Positions 1-13,062 of a DNA stretch of 64,000 bases are shown one piece after another. The stretch's first letter is position 1. Each line of letters opens with the position of its first letter. Source of the DNA: Eledone cirrhosa (lineage: Eukaryota). Where the stretch lies: positions 46,004,001-46,068,000 of the forward strand of contig OZ024747.1 in NCBI GenBank assembly GCA_964016885.1, written 5' to 3'. The notes under the pieces were generated by a model. It saw nothing but the letters and a program-made list of their open reading frames with translations. It was not told the DNA's origin and searched no databases. The position numbers and the translations under genes were made by a program.

Positions 1-1750
1 TGGTGTTGGTGGTGGTGGTGGTGGTAGTGTTGGTGGTGGTCGTGGTGTTGGTGGTGTTGGTGGTGGTGGTGGTGGTGGTGTTGGTGTTGGTGGTGGTGGT
101 GGTGGTGGTGGTAGTGTTGGTGGTGGTCGTGGTGGTGGTGGTGGTGGTGGTGGTGGTAGTGGTGTTGGTGGTGGTGGTGGTGGTGGTGGTAGTGTTGGTG
201 GTGGTCGTTGTGGTGGTGGTGTTGGTGGTGGTGGTGGTGGTGGTGGTGTTGGGGGTGTTGGTGGTGGTCGTGGTAGTGTTGGTGGTGGTCGTGGTGGTGG
301 TGGTGGTGTTGGTGGTGGTGGTGGTAGTGTTGGTGGTGGTCGTGGTGGTGTTGGTGGTGGTGGTGGTGGTGGTGGTGGTGGTGGTGGTGTTGGTGTTGGT
401 GGTGTTGGTGGTGGTGGTGGTAGTGTTGGTGGTGGTCGTGGTGGTGGTGGTGTTGTTGTTGGTGGTGGTGGTGTTGGTGGTGTTGGTGGTGGTGGTGGTG
501 GTGGTGTTGGTGTTGGTGGTGTTGGTGGTGGTGGTGGTAGTGTTGGTGGTGGTCGTGGTGGTGGTGGTGGTGGTGGTGGTGGTAGTGGTGTTGGTGGTGT
601 TGGTGGTGGTGGTGGTAGTGTTGGTGGTGGTCGTGGTGGTGGTGTTGGTGGTGGTGGTGGTGGTGGTGGTGTTGGGGGTGTTGGTGGGGGTGGTGGTAGT
701 GTTGGTGGTGGTCGTGGTGGTGGTGGTGGTGTTGGTGGTGGTGGTGGTAGTGTTGGTGGTGGTCGTGGTGGTGTTGGTGGTGGTGGTGGTGGTGGTGGTG
801 GTGGTGTTGGTGGTGGTGGTGTTGGTGGTGTTGGTGGTGGTGGTGGCAGTGTTGGTGGTGGTCGTGGTGGTGGTGGTGGTGTTGTTGTTGGTGGTGGTGG
901 TGTTGGTGGTGTTGGTGGTGGTGGTGGTAGTGTTGGTGGTGATCGTGGTGGTGGTGGTGTTGGTGGTGGTGGTGGTGGTGGCGGTGTTGGTGGTGGTGGT
1001 GGTGGTGGTGGTGTTGGTGGTGTTGGTGGTGGTGGTGGTAGTGTTGGTGGTGGTGGTGTTGTGTTTTGATGGTGGTGGTGTTGGTAGTGTTGGTGTTGGT
1101 GGTGGTGGTGGTGGTGTTGGTAGTGTTAGTGTTGGTGGTGGTGTAGTATTGGTGTTGGCGGTGTTGTTTTGATGGTGGTGGTGTTGTGTTGATGGTGGTC
1201 GTGATGGTGTTGGTGGTGTTGTGTTGATGATGGTGGTGATGGTGTTGGTGGTGTTGTGTTGATGGTGGTGGTGATGGTGTTGGTGGTGTTGTGTTGATGG
1301 TGGTGGTGATGGTGGTGGTGGTGTTGTGTTGATGGTGGTGGTGATGGTTTTGTATTGATGGTGGTGGTGATTGTGTTGGTGGTGTTGTGTTGATGGTGGT
1401 TGTGATGGTGTTGGTCGTGTTGTGTTGATGGTGGTGGTGATGGTGTTGGTGGCGTTGTGTTGATTGTGGTGGTGATGGTGGTGGTGGTGTTGTGTTGATG
1501 GTGGTGGTGATTGTGTTGGTGGTGTTGTGTTGATGGTGGTGGTGATGGTGTTGGTGGTGTTGTGTTGATGGTGGTGGTAGTGTTGGTGAGGGGGGGGGGG
1601 GGTAGCGGCGGTAGGGTTGGTGATGGTGGTGGTGGCGGTGGTAGTGGCAGTGATGATGTTTGTCATAGTGTTGGCGATTGTAGAGTTGGTGTTGGTGGGT
1701 ATGGTGTTTGTGGTGATGGGGTGCTGAGATTGGGCGTTGAGGGTGGAGGT
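1..1750. repeat. (GGT)n-derived degenerate microsatellite grading into a ~30-bp GT-rich minisatellite
   Basis: GGT/GTT triplets at 1-1170; unit like ggtggtgttgtgttgatggtggtggtgatggtgtt repeated at ~1170-1580. The poly-Val ORF is a translation artefact. Confidence 0.95.
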
Positions 1751-2112
1751 GATGCGACATAAAAAGACATTTGAATGAAACATAGTCACATTGATTGAGG
1801 ACGCTTGAAAAGACAATAGACTGAGAAGCTTTGAAACTATGCCGTGCCGATTGAAAATGCAGCAAACGATGATTGCATTAATTATGGAAGGTTAGAAACA
1901 CAATAGTATCAAATAAAAACGTTAAAACCCAGTCTAGAATTTGCTGTAAATATGACCATATCAATAGTGAATATTAAACATATAATATTAAATACATAAT
2001 CATATTAGCAGATAAATTTTATGAACATAGTATCTTCATTAGTTCATATTGGTATGATAATACTATCAGTTTCGGTATATAGACTAACACTTGTAAACCT
2101 TACTAGCATTAA

Positions 2113-2437
2113 CCCTTTAGCATTTACATTACTCTAAATTTAATATTTTGTTTTCGTGCTAAAGGCTTTACTTCACGTAATTATCTCACATAATATCGAA
2201 TCGATGAGATTTTGATATTATTTACGTTGAGAAAAATACTTTAACATCAGTATGAGTGGCCAGTTCTTACATAATTATCTCACATAATATCGAATCTATG
2301 AGATTTTGATATTATGTTTGAGATTTTATGTTGAGAACAATACCTTAACATCCGTATGAGGGCGCAATTGCTGCTGGTTAGAACATAAAGAGGTGAGAGA
2401 ATTCTGACCGGGTACGGCCGGTTTAAATGCTAAATGG
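2113..2437. mobile_element. Non-autonomous TTAA-type (piggyBac-like) MITE
   Basis: TIR CCCTTTAGCATTTA (2113-2126) vs TAAATGCTAAATGG (2424-2437, 1 mismatch); flanks TTAA / TTAG; internal ~95-bp duplication. Confidence 0.65.
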
Positions 2438-2687
2438 TTAGTTAAGTCATTTTGTAGTCGTTCTCGGGAAATGCTCTTGTTTTTAGAAATTATCTTGTTA
2501 GTAATATCTAACTGGTGCTTATGTGACTCTGTATGTTTGTGTAATGTGTATCTTATTGAATTTATTGTTGTGCTTATGATCGTAAGGTCATGAGTTCGAT
2601 TCGAGAACAAATTATATTATAAATGTTTACATGATTATGTATTTATGTGTTCTTTTAGAGCTCTGTAAATATGTCATTATGTATATA

Positions 2688-2840
2688 CGCCATGCTTTGA
2701 CGTATAGAGTTACGGCCCTTGCCATTCTGAGTGCAAATCCCGCCGAGGTTAACTTTGCCTTTCATCCTTACGGGGTCGATAAAATAAAGTACCAGTAATG
2801 CACTGAGTAATTGCTTACCTTGTGCCAAAAGTAGAAACAA
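2688..2840 (+). mobile_element. tRNA-derived SINE copy (5' truncated)
   Basis: B-box-like GAGTGCAAATCC, core gcctttcatccttacggggtcgataaaataaagtaccag, tail ccttgtgccaaaagtagaaacaa, shared with the other copies. Confidence 0.85.
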
Positions 2841-2859
2841 ATATGTATATAAGTCTATG

Positions 2860-2918
<59 letters not shown>

Positions 2919-2969
2919 GTATATATATATATGTATATCTATATATATATGTATATATATATATATATA

Positions 2970-3066
<97 letters not shown>

Positions 3067-3068
<2 letters not shown>

Positions 3069-3248
3069 CGAAGGAAAAGTGGTAAGGAACCAGGTGGACC
3101 ATAACGCACCAAAGTACTCAATACTTAGGGTAGTAGAGTGGGTAATAGGAACAAGTAAGTCCCCGACGGCTGAGCTCAAGCCGTTTCGACGGCTAATTCT
3201 GGACATCGAAACGGCTTGAGCTCAGCCGTCGGGGTCTTACTTGTTCCT
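3067..3248. mobile_element. Short fold-back repeat in (TA)n (probably PLE-pLTR derived); related copies at 4774-4927 and 52463-52602
   Basis: ~45-bp inverted arms ataggaacaagtaag..ccgtttcga / tcgaaacgg..cttacttgttcctat plus a one-sided tail; three copies, each abutting TA/TG dinucleotide runs. Confidence 0.7.
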
Positions 3249-3277
3249 ATATATATATATAACTTATATATATAACT

Positions 3278-3377
<100 letters not shown>

Positions 3378-3378
3378 C

Positions 3379-3460
<82 letters not shown>

Positions 3461-3543
3461 CTTATTCCGGGTTCAACCGGGGGTAACCGCAGTAAGTAAG
3501 GTGCTCAATATATAACAGAGTATAAATGTTTTAATATGGAAAT

Positions 3544-3592
3544 GCTTCTACAGGACTAGAGCTGTTTCATTCGTGAGAAATCATCAGGAAGC
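3544..3592 (-). ncRNA. Type I hammerhead ribozyme motif in a probable PLE 3' fragment (~3459-3995)
   Basis: Minus strand: gcttc CTGATGA tttc-tcac-gaat GAAA cag-ctctagtc-ctg TA gaagc; stems I, II and III all pair. Confidence 0.8.
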
Positions 3593-4095
3593 TGACTGTC
3601 CAAGTAAATGTGGTGGTATTTATATCTTTTCTGGTGGTAGGAGAGGATGGGGATTGGGAGGGTGGAGGTCATTGGTTAAAGGATTTTTAAAAAAAGGGAG
3701 TTCATTAAAAGCTAATTCTTTAAAGCTATAATATTAACAAAGGCAGAAAGAATACTGTAAACAAATTCAAATTTGGAATACCAATCCTTGTTTATCTCTT
3801 AAACTAACAATGCCTGTAAGTCAGGTGTCTACAGGATGGGTGGGGTTCAATGGTTTAAAGAGAAAGGAAATTCTTTAGAAACTAATTATTTAAGGCTGAA
3901 ATAAGTGTGACAAAGTCAGAAAGGGTTCTGTGAACAGGTTCAAGTGTTGGGATGCTTCCCCTTATTGTGAAGTTTCTCTTAATTTATATTCCAGGTGTCA
4001 ACAAGCACATTCACATACGCGCTCACTTACACACGTACACACACATGCACACACGCACACACTGACACGTACACACACAACAAACATACATATAA

Positions 4096-4150
<55 letters not shown>

Positions 4151-4153
4151 TAT

Positions 4154-4249
<96 letters not shown>

Positions 4250-4380
4250 GTGAGATTTTTTTTACAAAATGAAAAATAACCGAGGTGTCCTACACGAGTG
4301 AAAGTATAAAGAAAATAAGATGAAATCGAAAATGCAACTGGAGTCTTATTTTTTTTTTAAATATATATATTTATTTGGTT

Positions 4381-4420
4381 CCTTTACCGGTTTCGCAGTT
4401 CTTCTGCTTTTCAAAAGTAG
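4381..4420 (-). ncRNA. Variant minimal HHR motif (U3-A8 core)
   Basis: ctt TTGAAAA gcag-aagaa-ctgc GAAA ccgg TA aag; palindrome ACCGGT; stem I only 3 bp; same family as the PLE end at 24429-24565. Confidence 0.5.
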
Positions 4421-4477
4421 AGTTGAGATGGAGGGTCTGTGCTTTTTCTCACATCTGTTTTTCTCATCGGTTTTTCT

Positions 4478-4539
<62 letters not shown>

Positions 4540-4598
4540 TAAAAAAATAATGAATAAAACAATGAAACAGTTCCTTATATTAAACAAAAAAAGTTCAT

Positions 4599-4740
4599 TA
4601 TTTAACGATCGTTTCTAGGATATATATGTGTTAGAATTGGCATGCATATTCAACAGATCTATGTACAAAATTATACAAAATTATACAAACTATCAAAATT
4701 AAATATACATACCAAACACATATATATGCCGTCTTCAGAA

Positions 4741-4743
<3 letters not shown>
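4599..4743 (-). ncRNA. HHR motif with ~115-nt stem II
   Basis: tattt CTGAAGA c ggcatatatatgtgtt...aacacatatatatcc ta GAAA cgatcg TT aaata; inner tggtatgtatattta/tgaatatgcatgcca helix; palindrome ACGATCGT. Confidence 0.7.
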
Positions 4744-4774
<31 letters not shown>

Positions 4775-4929
4775 AACGAAGAAAATGTGGTAAGGAACTA
4801 GATGGACCATAACGCACCAAAGTACTCAATACTTAGGGTAGTAGAGTGGGTTATAGGAAGAAGTATGACCCCAGAATTAGCCGTCGAAACAGCTTGAGCT
4901 CTGCCGTCGGGGTCATATTTGTTCCTATA

Positions 4930-4965
<36 letters not shown>

Positions 4966-5199
4966 CACATACACACATACATACACTTACATACACATAT
5001 ACATACATATGTATATATATATACACAAATATATATATATATATACACACACATATATATACATACATTCATACACATATATATATATATATATATTAGA
5101 AAATATCTAGCTTTCAGGAATTTTAGCTTGATAGCGGGGTTTAGAACCCTCAGATAAATGGAAAAAGATGAGTATTGACGTACATATATATATATATAT

Positions 5200-5556
<357 letters not shown>

Positions 5557-5671
5557 TAATAAGAGGAATTCCAACTTTGTCTGATTTACTCGTTTTATTT
5601 ACAACCCTTTAAAATTTATAATGGTATTATAATGAAATAGTATGATAGAATATTAAATTCTAAGTGTTAAT

Positions 5672-5710
5672 TGAACAAGTACTTTCATGCTTTCGCAATC
5701 TTCAGGTTCA
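5672..5710 (-). ncRNA. Minimal HHR in the PLE pLTR (also 9842-9880 minus and 10457-10495 plus)
   Basis: tgaac CTGAAGA ttgc-gaaa-gcat GAAA gtac TT gttca; palindromic stem III AGTACT, typical of PLE minimal HHRs. Confidence 0.85.
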
Positions 5711-6089
5711 TAATATGTGGTGACAGTCAAGTTTGCAATTTTCAACTGTAATAAGATGGGTAAATTTTCTACCTTTTATACATTTGATACAGGGAAAAGG
5801 GGCTCCAGAATGCTAAGTCTTGCAAACTGTATTTCGACCAATCAGTGTGTAGTTTCACTGAATTACTAAAGCTGATTGGTTTAAGCGTCTCGGCTGGTTG
5901 AGCATGTCTAACGACCAATAATTAATCATATCCAAAGCATTAATTGTTTTGCTATTTTTAGAAATGATGAAAATAGTATTTTCTATTAATCATCACCATC
6001 AACATCACTTTTATTATTATTATTATTGTTGTTGTTGTTGTTAGTGGTCGTAGTCATAGTGATAGTAGAAGTAATACCCCTAAGCGTTA

Positions 6090-9000
6090 TTATTGTTCAT
6101 TTAGCTTGGGTTTGAATTTATTAATAAAATTCTTTTCTTTGATTTTTCTCTTGATTTCACTTGGGCTGTGTAATTTGTAGAATGGGAATATTATAAATAT
6201 TCCCTGACCACATGTTGCTAGATGGTTACTTAGGGGTATCTGACGGACATTTGGGGTCTCTGATTTGTTGACGGTGTACCCGTGCACGTTCCGATAGTGC
6301 ATTTCCAGTTTGACCGACATATAGTTCTTCACAATTCGGGCATTTAATGCACTAAATTAGATTTCTGCTTTTGCAGTTCATATTTGCATTTGGGAATAAT
6401 TTTCCAGTTTTTGTTTTCATATATTGACCGGCGTGTATAGATTGACATGTGCCGCATCGACTATCATTGCATTTAGATACAGTGAATGATTGGTCTTTGT
6501 TGTTAAGGTCAAACTTTGCTTTTGTAAGTAATTGCTTCAAATTTTTTGGCTGTCTTTTACTAAGAGTCAAAGATCGATCTGTGATTAAGCCTTTTAATTC
6601 ATTACTTTGAGCAATGATCGGTAGGTTTGCTTTGGCAGTGTTGAAGATATTCTGGTGACATGGGTTGTGTGTCATTATAAATGGTATGACCAGTTCTTGG
6701 TTTCTTCTCCTTGGGTTGTCCTAAGTTGTTGTATAGGTATTTTTATAGCGCGCTGTATGCCATTTTCTATAAGTAGAGATGGGTATTTTTGTTTGAGCAA
6801 AAATTCTCTTAGTTCTTTTAGGCGTTTGTACCTGGTATTCGTATCTTCTACAATGGTACAAATTTTTCTGGCTAGGCAGTATGGGATGTTGCGTTTTGTA
6901 TGAGGTGGATGGCACGACTTAAAATTCAGATATTGATGGGTGTCTGTGTGTTTATAATATATATCCGTGGTAATGGTGGTGTCGTTTTTGATTATCATTA
7001 TATCTAGTAATGGTAATTTGGTCCTACTCATCTGTTTTGTGAATTGGAGAGATGGGTGTAGGTTATTCAGGAGGATATTGAACTCATCCAGAGTATCTAG
7101 AGATTCTGTTCAGATGATGAAACAGTCGTCAAGGTATCTCTTCCAAGATTTTTCAATGTACTTTCTAAAGTCAGTACTATATTTTTCCTCTATTTCTTGG
7201 TAGAGTTGTTGTTCTAAGTATCCCATTACAGAGTTCGCGTAAAAGGGAGCAAACTTCGTTCCCATCGCTGTGCCTCTAATTTGGATGTAATTCTTTCCAT
7301 TGAAGAAGAAAGTGTTGTTTTCCAGAATAAGTTTAACTGCGTCTAATATAAATGGCGCTGAGAATCTGATGGGAATCACTTCTCTATGTTTTTCCACCCA
7401 GTATTTAACCGCCTTTATTCCTAAATCATGTGTAATGTTGGTGTAAAGGCTTACCACATCAAAACTGAGTAGAAGTGAATTCGCTTCCGTGGTTTTGGGA
7501 AGATGGGACAGGAAGTCGATATCATACCGGATGAAACTGGGTATGTGAATACATAGTGGTTTCAAAATAATGTCAACAAAATTGCTTAGACATGGGTGGG
7601 GCATGTTGGACCAGCTATAATAGGTCTAAGTTTTAAGTCTTTTGGGTGTAGTAATTTAATGTACTCACTGTTTTGTTCTCTTACTGTCAGTTGTATTTCT
7701 TTTGACTTATGAATTTTCGGTAGGCCATACAGGTTGCCTGGTTTTGGCTCAAAATTCCTTATCAGTAAGTGAGTTGTGGTATTTTGAAGCCAGGTTGTTG
7801 ATCTTCTTCATGATGTTGTGGTCTATATTTGACGGTATTTCATGATAGAATGTTGTGTCTTTCAGTTGTTCCTCAACCAAATCCTTGTAGTATTCAGTAT
7901 CCATTATAACAACTGCACCCCCTTTATCTGCTTGTTTAATTATTATTGTTTTATCATTTTGTATACGTTTAAGTGCAGACATTTCTGATTTGTTAATGTT
8001 TGGCCTAACATTAGTATTATGTCTAAGAGGAAATTTAGACAGGATGTCAATGTATTGGTCGAGATAGATATTTCTTCCTTTTGGCGGAGTGAAATTTGAT
8101 CTATTCTTTACTAGTGATTCATCACTCTCATTACTTTTATCAGCGAAGAATTCTACAAGACGTAATTTTCGACAGAATTCTTGGGTATCCTCCTTCAGTT
8201 CTTGGTGGTTGACTGTTGGAGTTGGTGTGAATTTCAGTCCTTTTGACAGAATTTGCATTTCATCATTGTCAAGATCTCTTTTAGATAAATTAATTAATTT
8301 AGGATCTACGTTTTGGGTATGTTTCCTCCTGGAGTTTTTCTTTTTCCGGTTTTTGTTGTCCTGACGTTAAAAAATGGATTTTTCTCTGTTCAGGATTTAT
8401 ATTCCTGTTGGTGTTCGCTTGATGAACTTTTGGTCGTGATATTATATTTGGTTTCGTTATGTATGTTGTCCTATTTTTGATATTCTGTATATTATTTTTC
8501 TTCCTGTTAGCATTATTTTTAACAATCTGGGGAAATGACCTAGGTTTGCTTTCAGGTTTAGATCGTTTTTTCGTCCAGTTTCTTGTGGGCAATCTCTGTT
8601 GAGATCTTGAGAGTGATCTGGTTATTCTACGTTTTGTTTCCCATTCCTTATTGGTAGTCTCTGTTGAGATCTTGAGAATGATCTCCTGGTTTTACTACTT
8701 CTCATGGTCTGGTCAAGGAATATCTATCGTGTTTGTGCCTTTTTGTTCATGTTGTGTGCGTTAGGGTGTTTTTGTAGAAAAGGCGAAGAGTTATTACCGT
8801 AGTTCTTCTTTGATTCAAGGTAAGGTGAGTGTTTGTGTTGGCACGTGTTCTGGCGTATGTTGTGTTGATGAGATTGTCCACTTTTAATGCTTTTTCTCAG
8901 GGTTCCAGAGTCTTTACCGTAATTTGCAGCATATTCGTCGAGAAATAATTATTTCTACTGCCATACCTTTCTTGATTTGTTTTCTTCTTTTGAGATATCT

Positions 9001-9639
9001 CTGATCCATAGTTCTCGTAGTTTTTCAGCTATAATACCAGTCGTTAGCTTTGAAATTTCAACTTCAATTTGGTCATCAATAGCTTCATATTTGGCTTTGT
9101 AGCGGGATTGTTTACATTCAGAAATGGAAATGTCGGTCCTGAATTTTGTCAATGTAAGTTCATTCGGAATTTTGTTTCTTCTTCTGGTTCTCCTGCAATT
9201 TCTGTAATTAGGTATTTACGAGGGAGTATGGGTGCCGTTAGAGAGAGCCATTTCGAATGTGTTTCGACATATTTTTCGCATTTGTATGCTTTCCAGAAAT
9301 TTTGTTTTCTTATGTTAAGGAATTTTTTCCATGTCTTCCACATTTCTTTTCTTATTCGATGTGTTTTGTTTTCCAAATTTCTTTCGTTTATTTCTGACAT
9401 CCAAGGGGGTTGTGGTAGGCTTTCTCTTGTATCTTTGATAACTGTATAATTTCAGCTAAATTTTTAATTTCAGAGTTTATATGTTCAGTTATAAGTTTTC
9501 CGTCTGTAGATTGTTTTTCTATTTCCTTTAAAATAGAGGATTGTGTGTCCATCAACGTGACAAGTGTTGATAATTTCGATGATATCTCCTTTAGAATTCT
9601 TTCTGATTCTGTTGATTTCATTTGTTGCTTTCCAGACAT
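6090..9639 (-). pseudogene. Disrupted PLE polyprotein (RT + GIY-YIG endonuclease)
   Basis: Fragments LSKGLKFTPTP, IIIKQADKGGAVV, SFDVVSLYTNI, GTAMGTKFAPFYAN, WKRYLDDCF, YYKHTDTHQYL; CNDSRCGTC upstream of YVGQT; several stops and frameshifts. Confidence 0.93.
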
Positions 9640-10111
9640 GTTGGCATATACACAATAGGAATATATATATAGAGAGAGATAGATAAATATACACGGGTGT
9701 GTATGATTGTGTATAGAAGATTATATTAATAAGAGGAATTCCAACTTTGTCTGATTTACTCGTTTTATTTAAAATCCTATAAAATTTATAATGGGATTAT
9801 AATGAAATAGTATGATAGAATATTAAATTCTAAGTGTTAATTGAACAAGTACTTTCATGCTTTCGCAATCTTCAGGTTCATAATATGTGATGACAGTCAA
9901 GTTTGCAATTTTCAACTGTAATAAGATGGGTAAATTTTCTACCTTTTTTCTACCTATTTATAATATTCCCATTCTACAAATTACACAGCCCAAGTGAAAT
10001 CAAGAGAAAAATCAAAGAAAAGAATTTTATTGATAAATTCAAACCCAAGCTAAATGAACAATAATAACGCTTAGGGGTATTACTTCTACTATCACTATGA
10101 CTACGACCACT

Positions 10112-10156
<45 letters not shown>

Positions 10157-10673
10157 AATATTAATAATAAAAGTGATGTTGATGGTGATGATTAATAGAA
10201 AATGCTATTTTCATCATTTCTAAAAATAGCAAAACAATTGATGCTTTGGATATGATTAATTATTGGTCGTTAGACATGCTCAACCAGCCAATCAGCTTTA
10301 GTAATTCAGTGAAACTACACACTGATTGGTCGAAATACAGTTTGCAAGACTTAGCATTCTGGAGCCACTTTTCCCTGTATAAAATGTATAAAAGGTAGAA
10401 AATTTACCCATCTTATTACAGTTGAAAATTGCAAACTTGACTGTCACCACATATTATGAACCTGAAGATTGCGAAAGCATGAAAATACTTGTTCAATTAA
10501 CACTTAGAATTTAATATTCTATCATACTATTTCATTATAATACCATTATAAATTTTAAAGGATTGTAAATAAAACGAGTAAATCAGACAAAGTTGGAATT
10601 CCTCTTATTAATATAATCTTCTATACACAATCATACACACCCGTGTATATTTATCTGTCTATCTATCTATCTA

Positions 10674-10757
<84 letters not shown>

Positions 10758-10856
10758 TACACACATACACATATATATATATAGACATACACGTACATAC
10801 ATATGCATACGTACACATAGACATATACACAAATATAAACATATATATATATATAC

Positions 10857-10908
<52 letters not shown>

Positions 10909-10914
<6 letters not shown>

Positions 10915-11961
10915 ACAACTAGAAATTGATTAACCTATATATAAACATATGAAACAATCACAGGGGATAATTTTGACAAGTGTGCAAGCACACATAGCTA
11001 GGTAGGTAACTATATAAAGTTAATTAGAACTTCAAAAATAGATACCTTATAATATGATTAATCTTCCCTGTATATATTCCATTAAAGAAATATATTTCAC
11101 CAATTAATCAAATGGTAAACCACGGAGGCCTATACTTGGATTTTTAACAAGGAAGAAGTCCAGCCATCTGTGTTTACGCATTAAGTTCAAATCAGCGACT
11201 GGCCAGTAACACGTGCTGTATCTACTAAAAATACACACATCATACCAGCTTTGTCCCAGTGGCGTGAATAGGATTATCGACAACTAGAAACAACAGTCAA
11301 GTCCTTTCAACAGAGTTAACTCTACAATTAAGGAGCCATATTAAATACGGCTCCTTAATTGTAGCGCTAACTCTGTTGAAAGGACTTGACTGCTGTTTCT
11401 AGTTCAAATACGGCTCCTTAATTGTAGAGCTAACTCTGTTGAAAGGACTTGACTGCTGTTTCTAGTTGTCGATAACCCTATTCACGCCACTGGGACAAAG
11501 CTGGTATGATGTGTGTATTTTTAGTAGATACAGCACGTGTTACTGGCCAGTCGCTGATTTGAGCTTAATGCGTAAACACAGATGGCTGGACTTCTTCCTT
11601 GTTGAAAATCCAAATATCTGCCTCCGTGGTTTACCATTCGATTAATTGGTGAAATATATTTCTTTAATGGAATATATACAGGGAAGATTAATCATATTAT
11701 AAGGTATCTATTTTTGAAGTTCTAGTTAAATTTATTTAGTTACCTACCTAGCTATGTGTGCTTACGCACTTGTAAAAATTATCTCCTGTGATTGTTTCAT
11801 ATGTTTATTTATATGTTAATCAATTTCTAGTTGTTATAAAATGCTCGGACCTATTCATTAGAATCTTGGAGCTTATTTTACGGGTGATATGGCGCATGCT
11901 TTTCTGGCATGACACCAATAATTTTGATTTATATTAAATTCACTTTGATTTATCTTAATTT

Positions 11962-11962
<1 letters not shown>
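10909..11962. repeat. ~930-bp near-perfect palindrome with a one-sided tail, flanked by (TA)n
   Basis: Left arm 10909-~11341, right arm ~11343-11839; ~62-bp tandem duplication at the apex; unique tail 11840-11962. Confidence 0.9.
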
Positions 11963-12034
<72 letters not shown>

Positions 12035-12042
<8 letters not shown>

Positions 12043-12374
12043 ATACTTGGGGAGGGTCATATTTGTTTAATATTGCCAGAATTAATAACAGAACACACTC
12101 ACTGTTTGGTTGGTTTCGCTTTTCGCTTCTGTGTCTTTTATATCGGTAATCTAATTTATTCGGTCCTCAATGTTGCCATTGACTGACCAACGGTCAAAAA
12201 TAATACAGATACAATATAGACACAAACACATATATATAGTTTATCACCAAACAGTGAGTGTGTTCTGTTATTAATTCTGGCAATATTACACAAATATGAC
12301 CTCCCCAAGTATAACAATATTTGTTTCGACACACGATTTCATATAAAAAACCTCGCAAAACTAAATCAACGCCG

Positions 12375-12377
<3 letters not shown>
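12035..12377. repeat. Fold-back element in (TA)n
   Basis: ~75-bp inverted arms at 12035-12110 / 12246-12320, then tail 12321-12377. Confidence 0.85.
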
Positions 12378-12435
<58 letters not shown>

Positions 12436-13062
12436 GACACATACATACGTACACATATAGATATATACACACATACACACATATATATACATACATACAT
12501 ATATACACATACACATACATATAAAAATACATATATACATATATATATATACATATATATATATATACACATACATACACATATACGCGTATACATACAC
12601 ATACACATAAATATATACGCACATACACACAAACATACACATACATACATACATACAACCATTCATACAAATACGTACATACATACTACTCATAAATATA
12701 CACATATACACACAACATACATAAAGGAACCAAATAAATATTTTTAAAAAGACTCCAGTTGCATTTTCGATTTCATCTTTTTTCCTTACATATAGATAGA
12801 TCGATAGATAGAGAGATAGATAAATAGATTTCTTTATTAGCCACATGGGCGCACAAGAAAAGGGGACAATACAAAGACATGCTGGGGATTTTACATACAG
12901 TCGTGTAAAAAATATAAAAACAAACAATTACAACAATCGTAATCCCCAATAGAGGGTAGGCGCCACAAATGGGTTGTTTAATACCCCGTCGATAGAACAA
13001 CCCTCAACTCCAGGAGCGTGTTGTGAAAGTGCTCCTTTCTTCCGTTTGCTCTCTTCCTCAAC

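Noticed and set aside
3-1172. 389-aa poly-Val ORF (Thr/Pro/His-rich on the minus strand)
   Set aside because: Pure triplet microsatellite with no supporting gene structure; it runs off the window edge.
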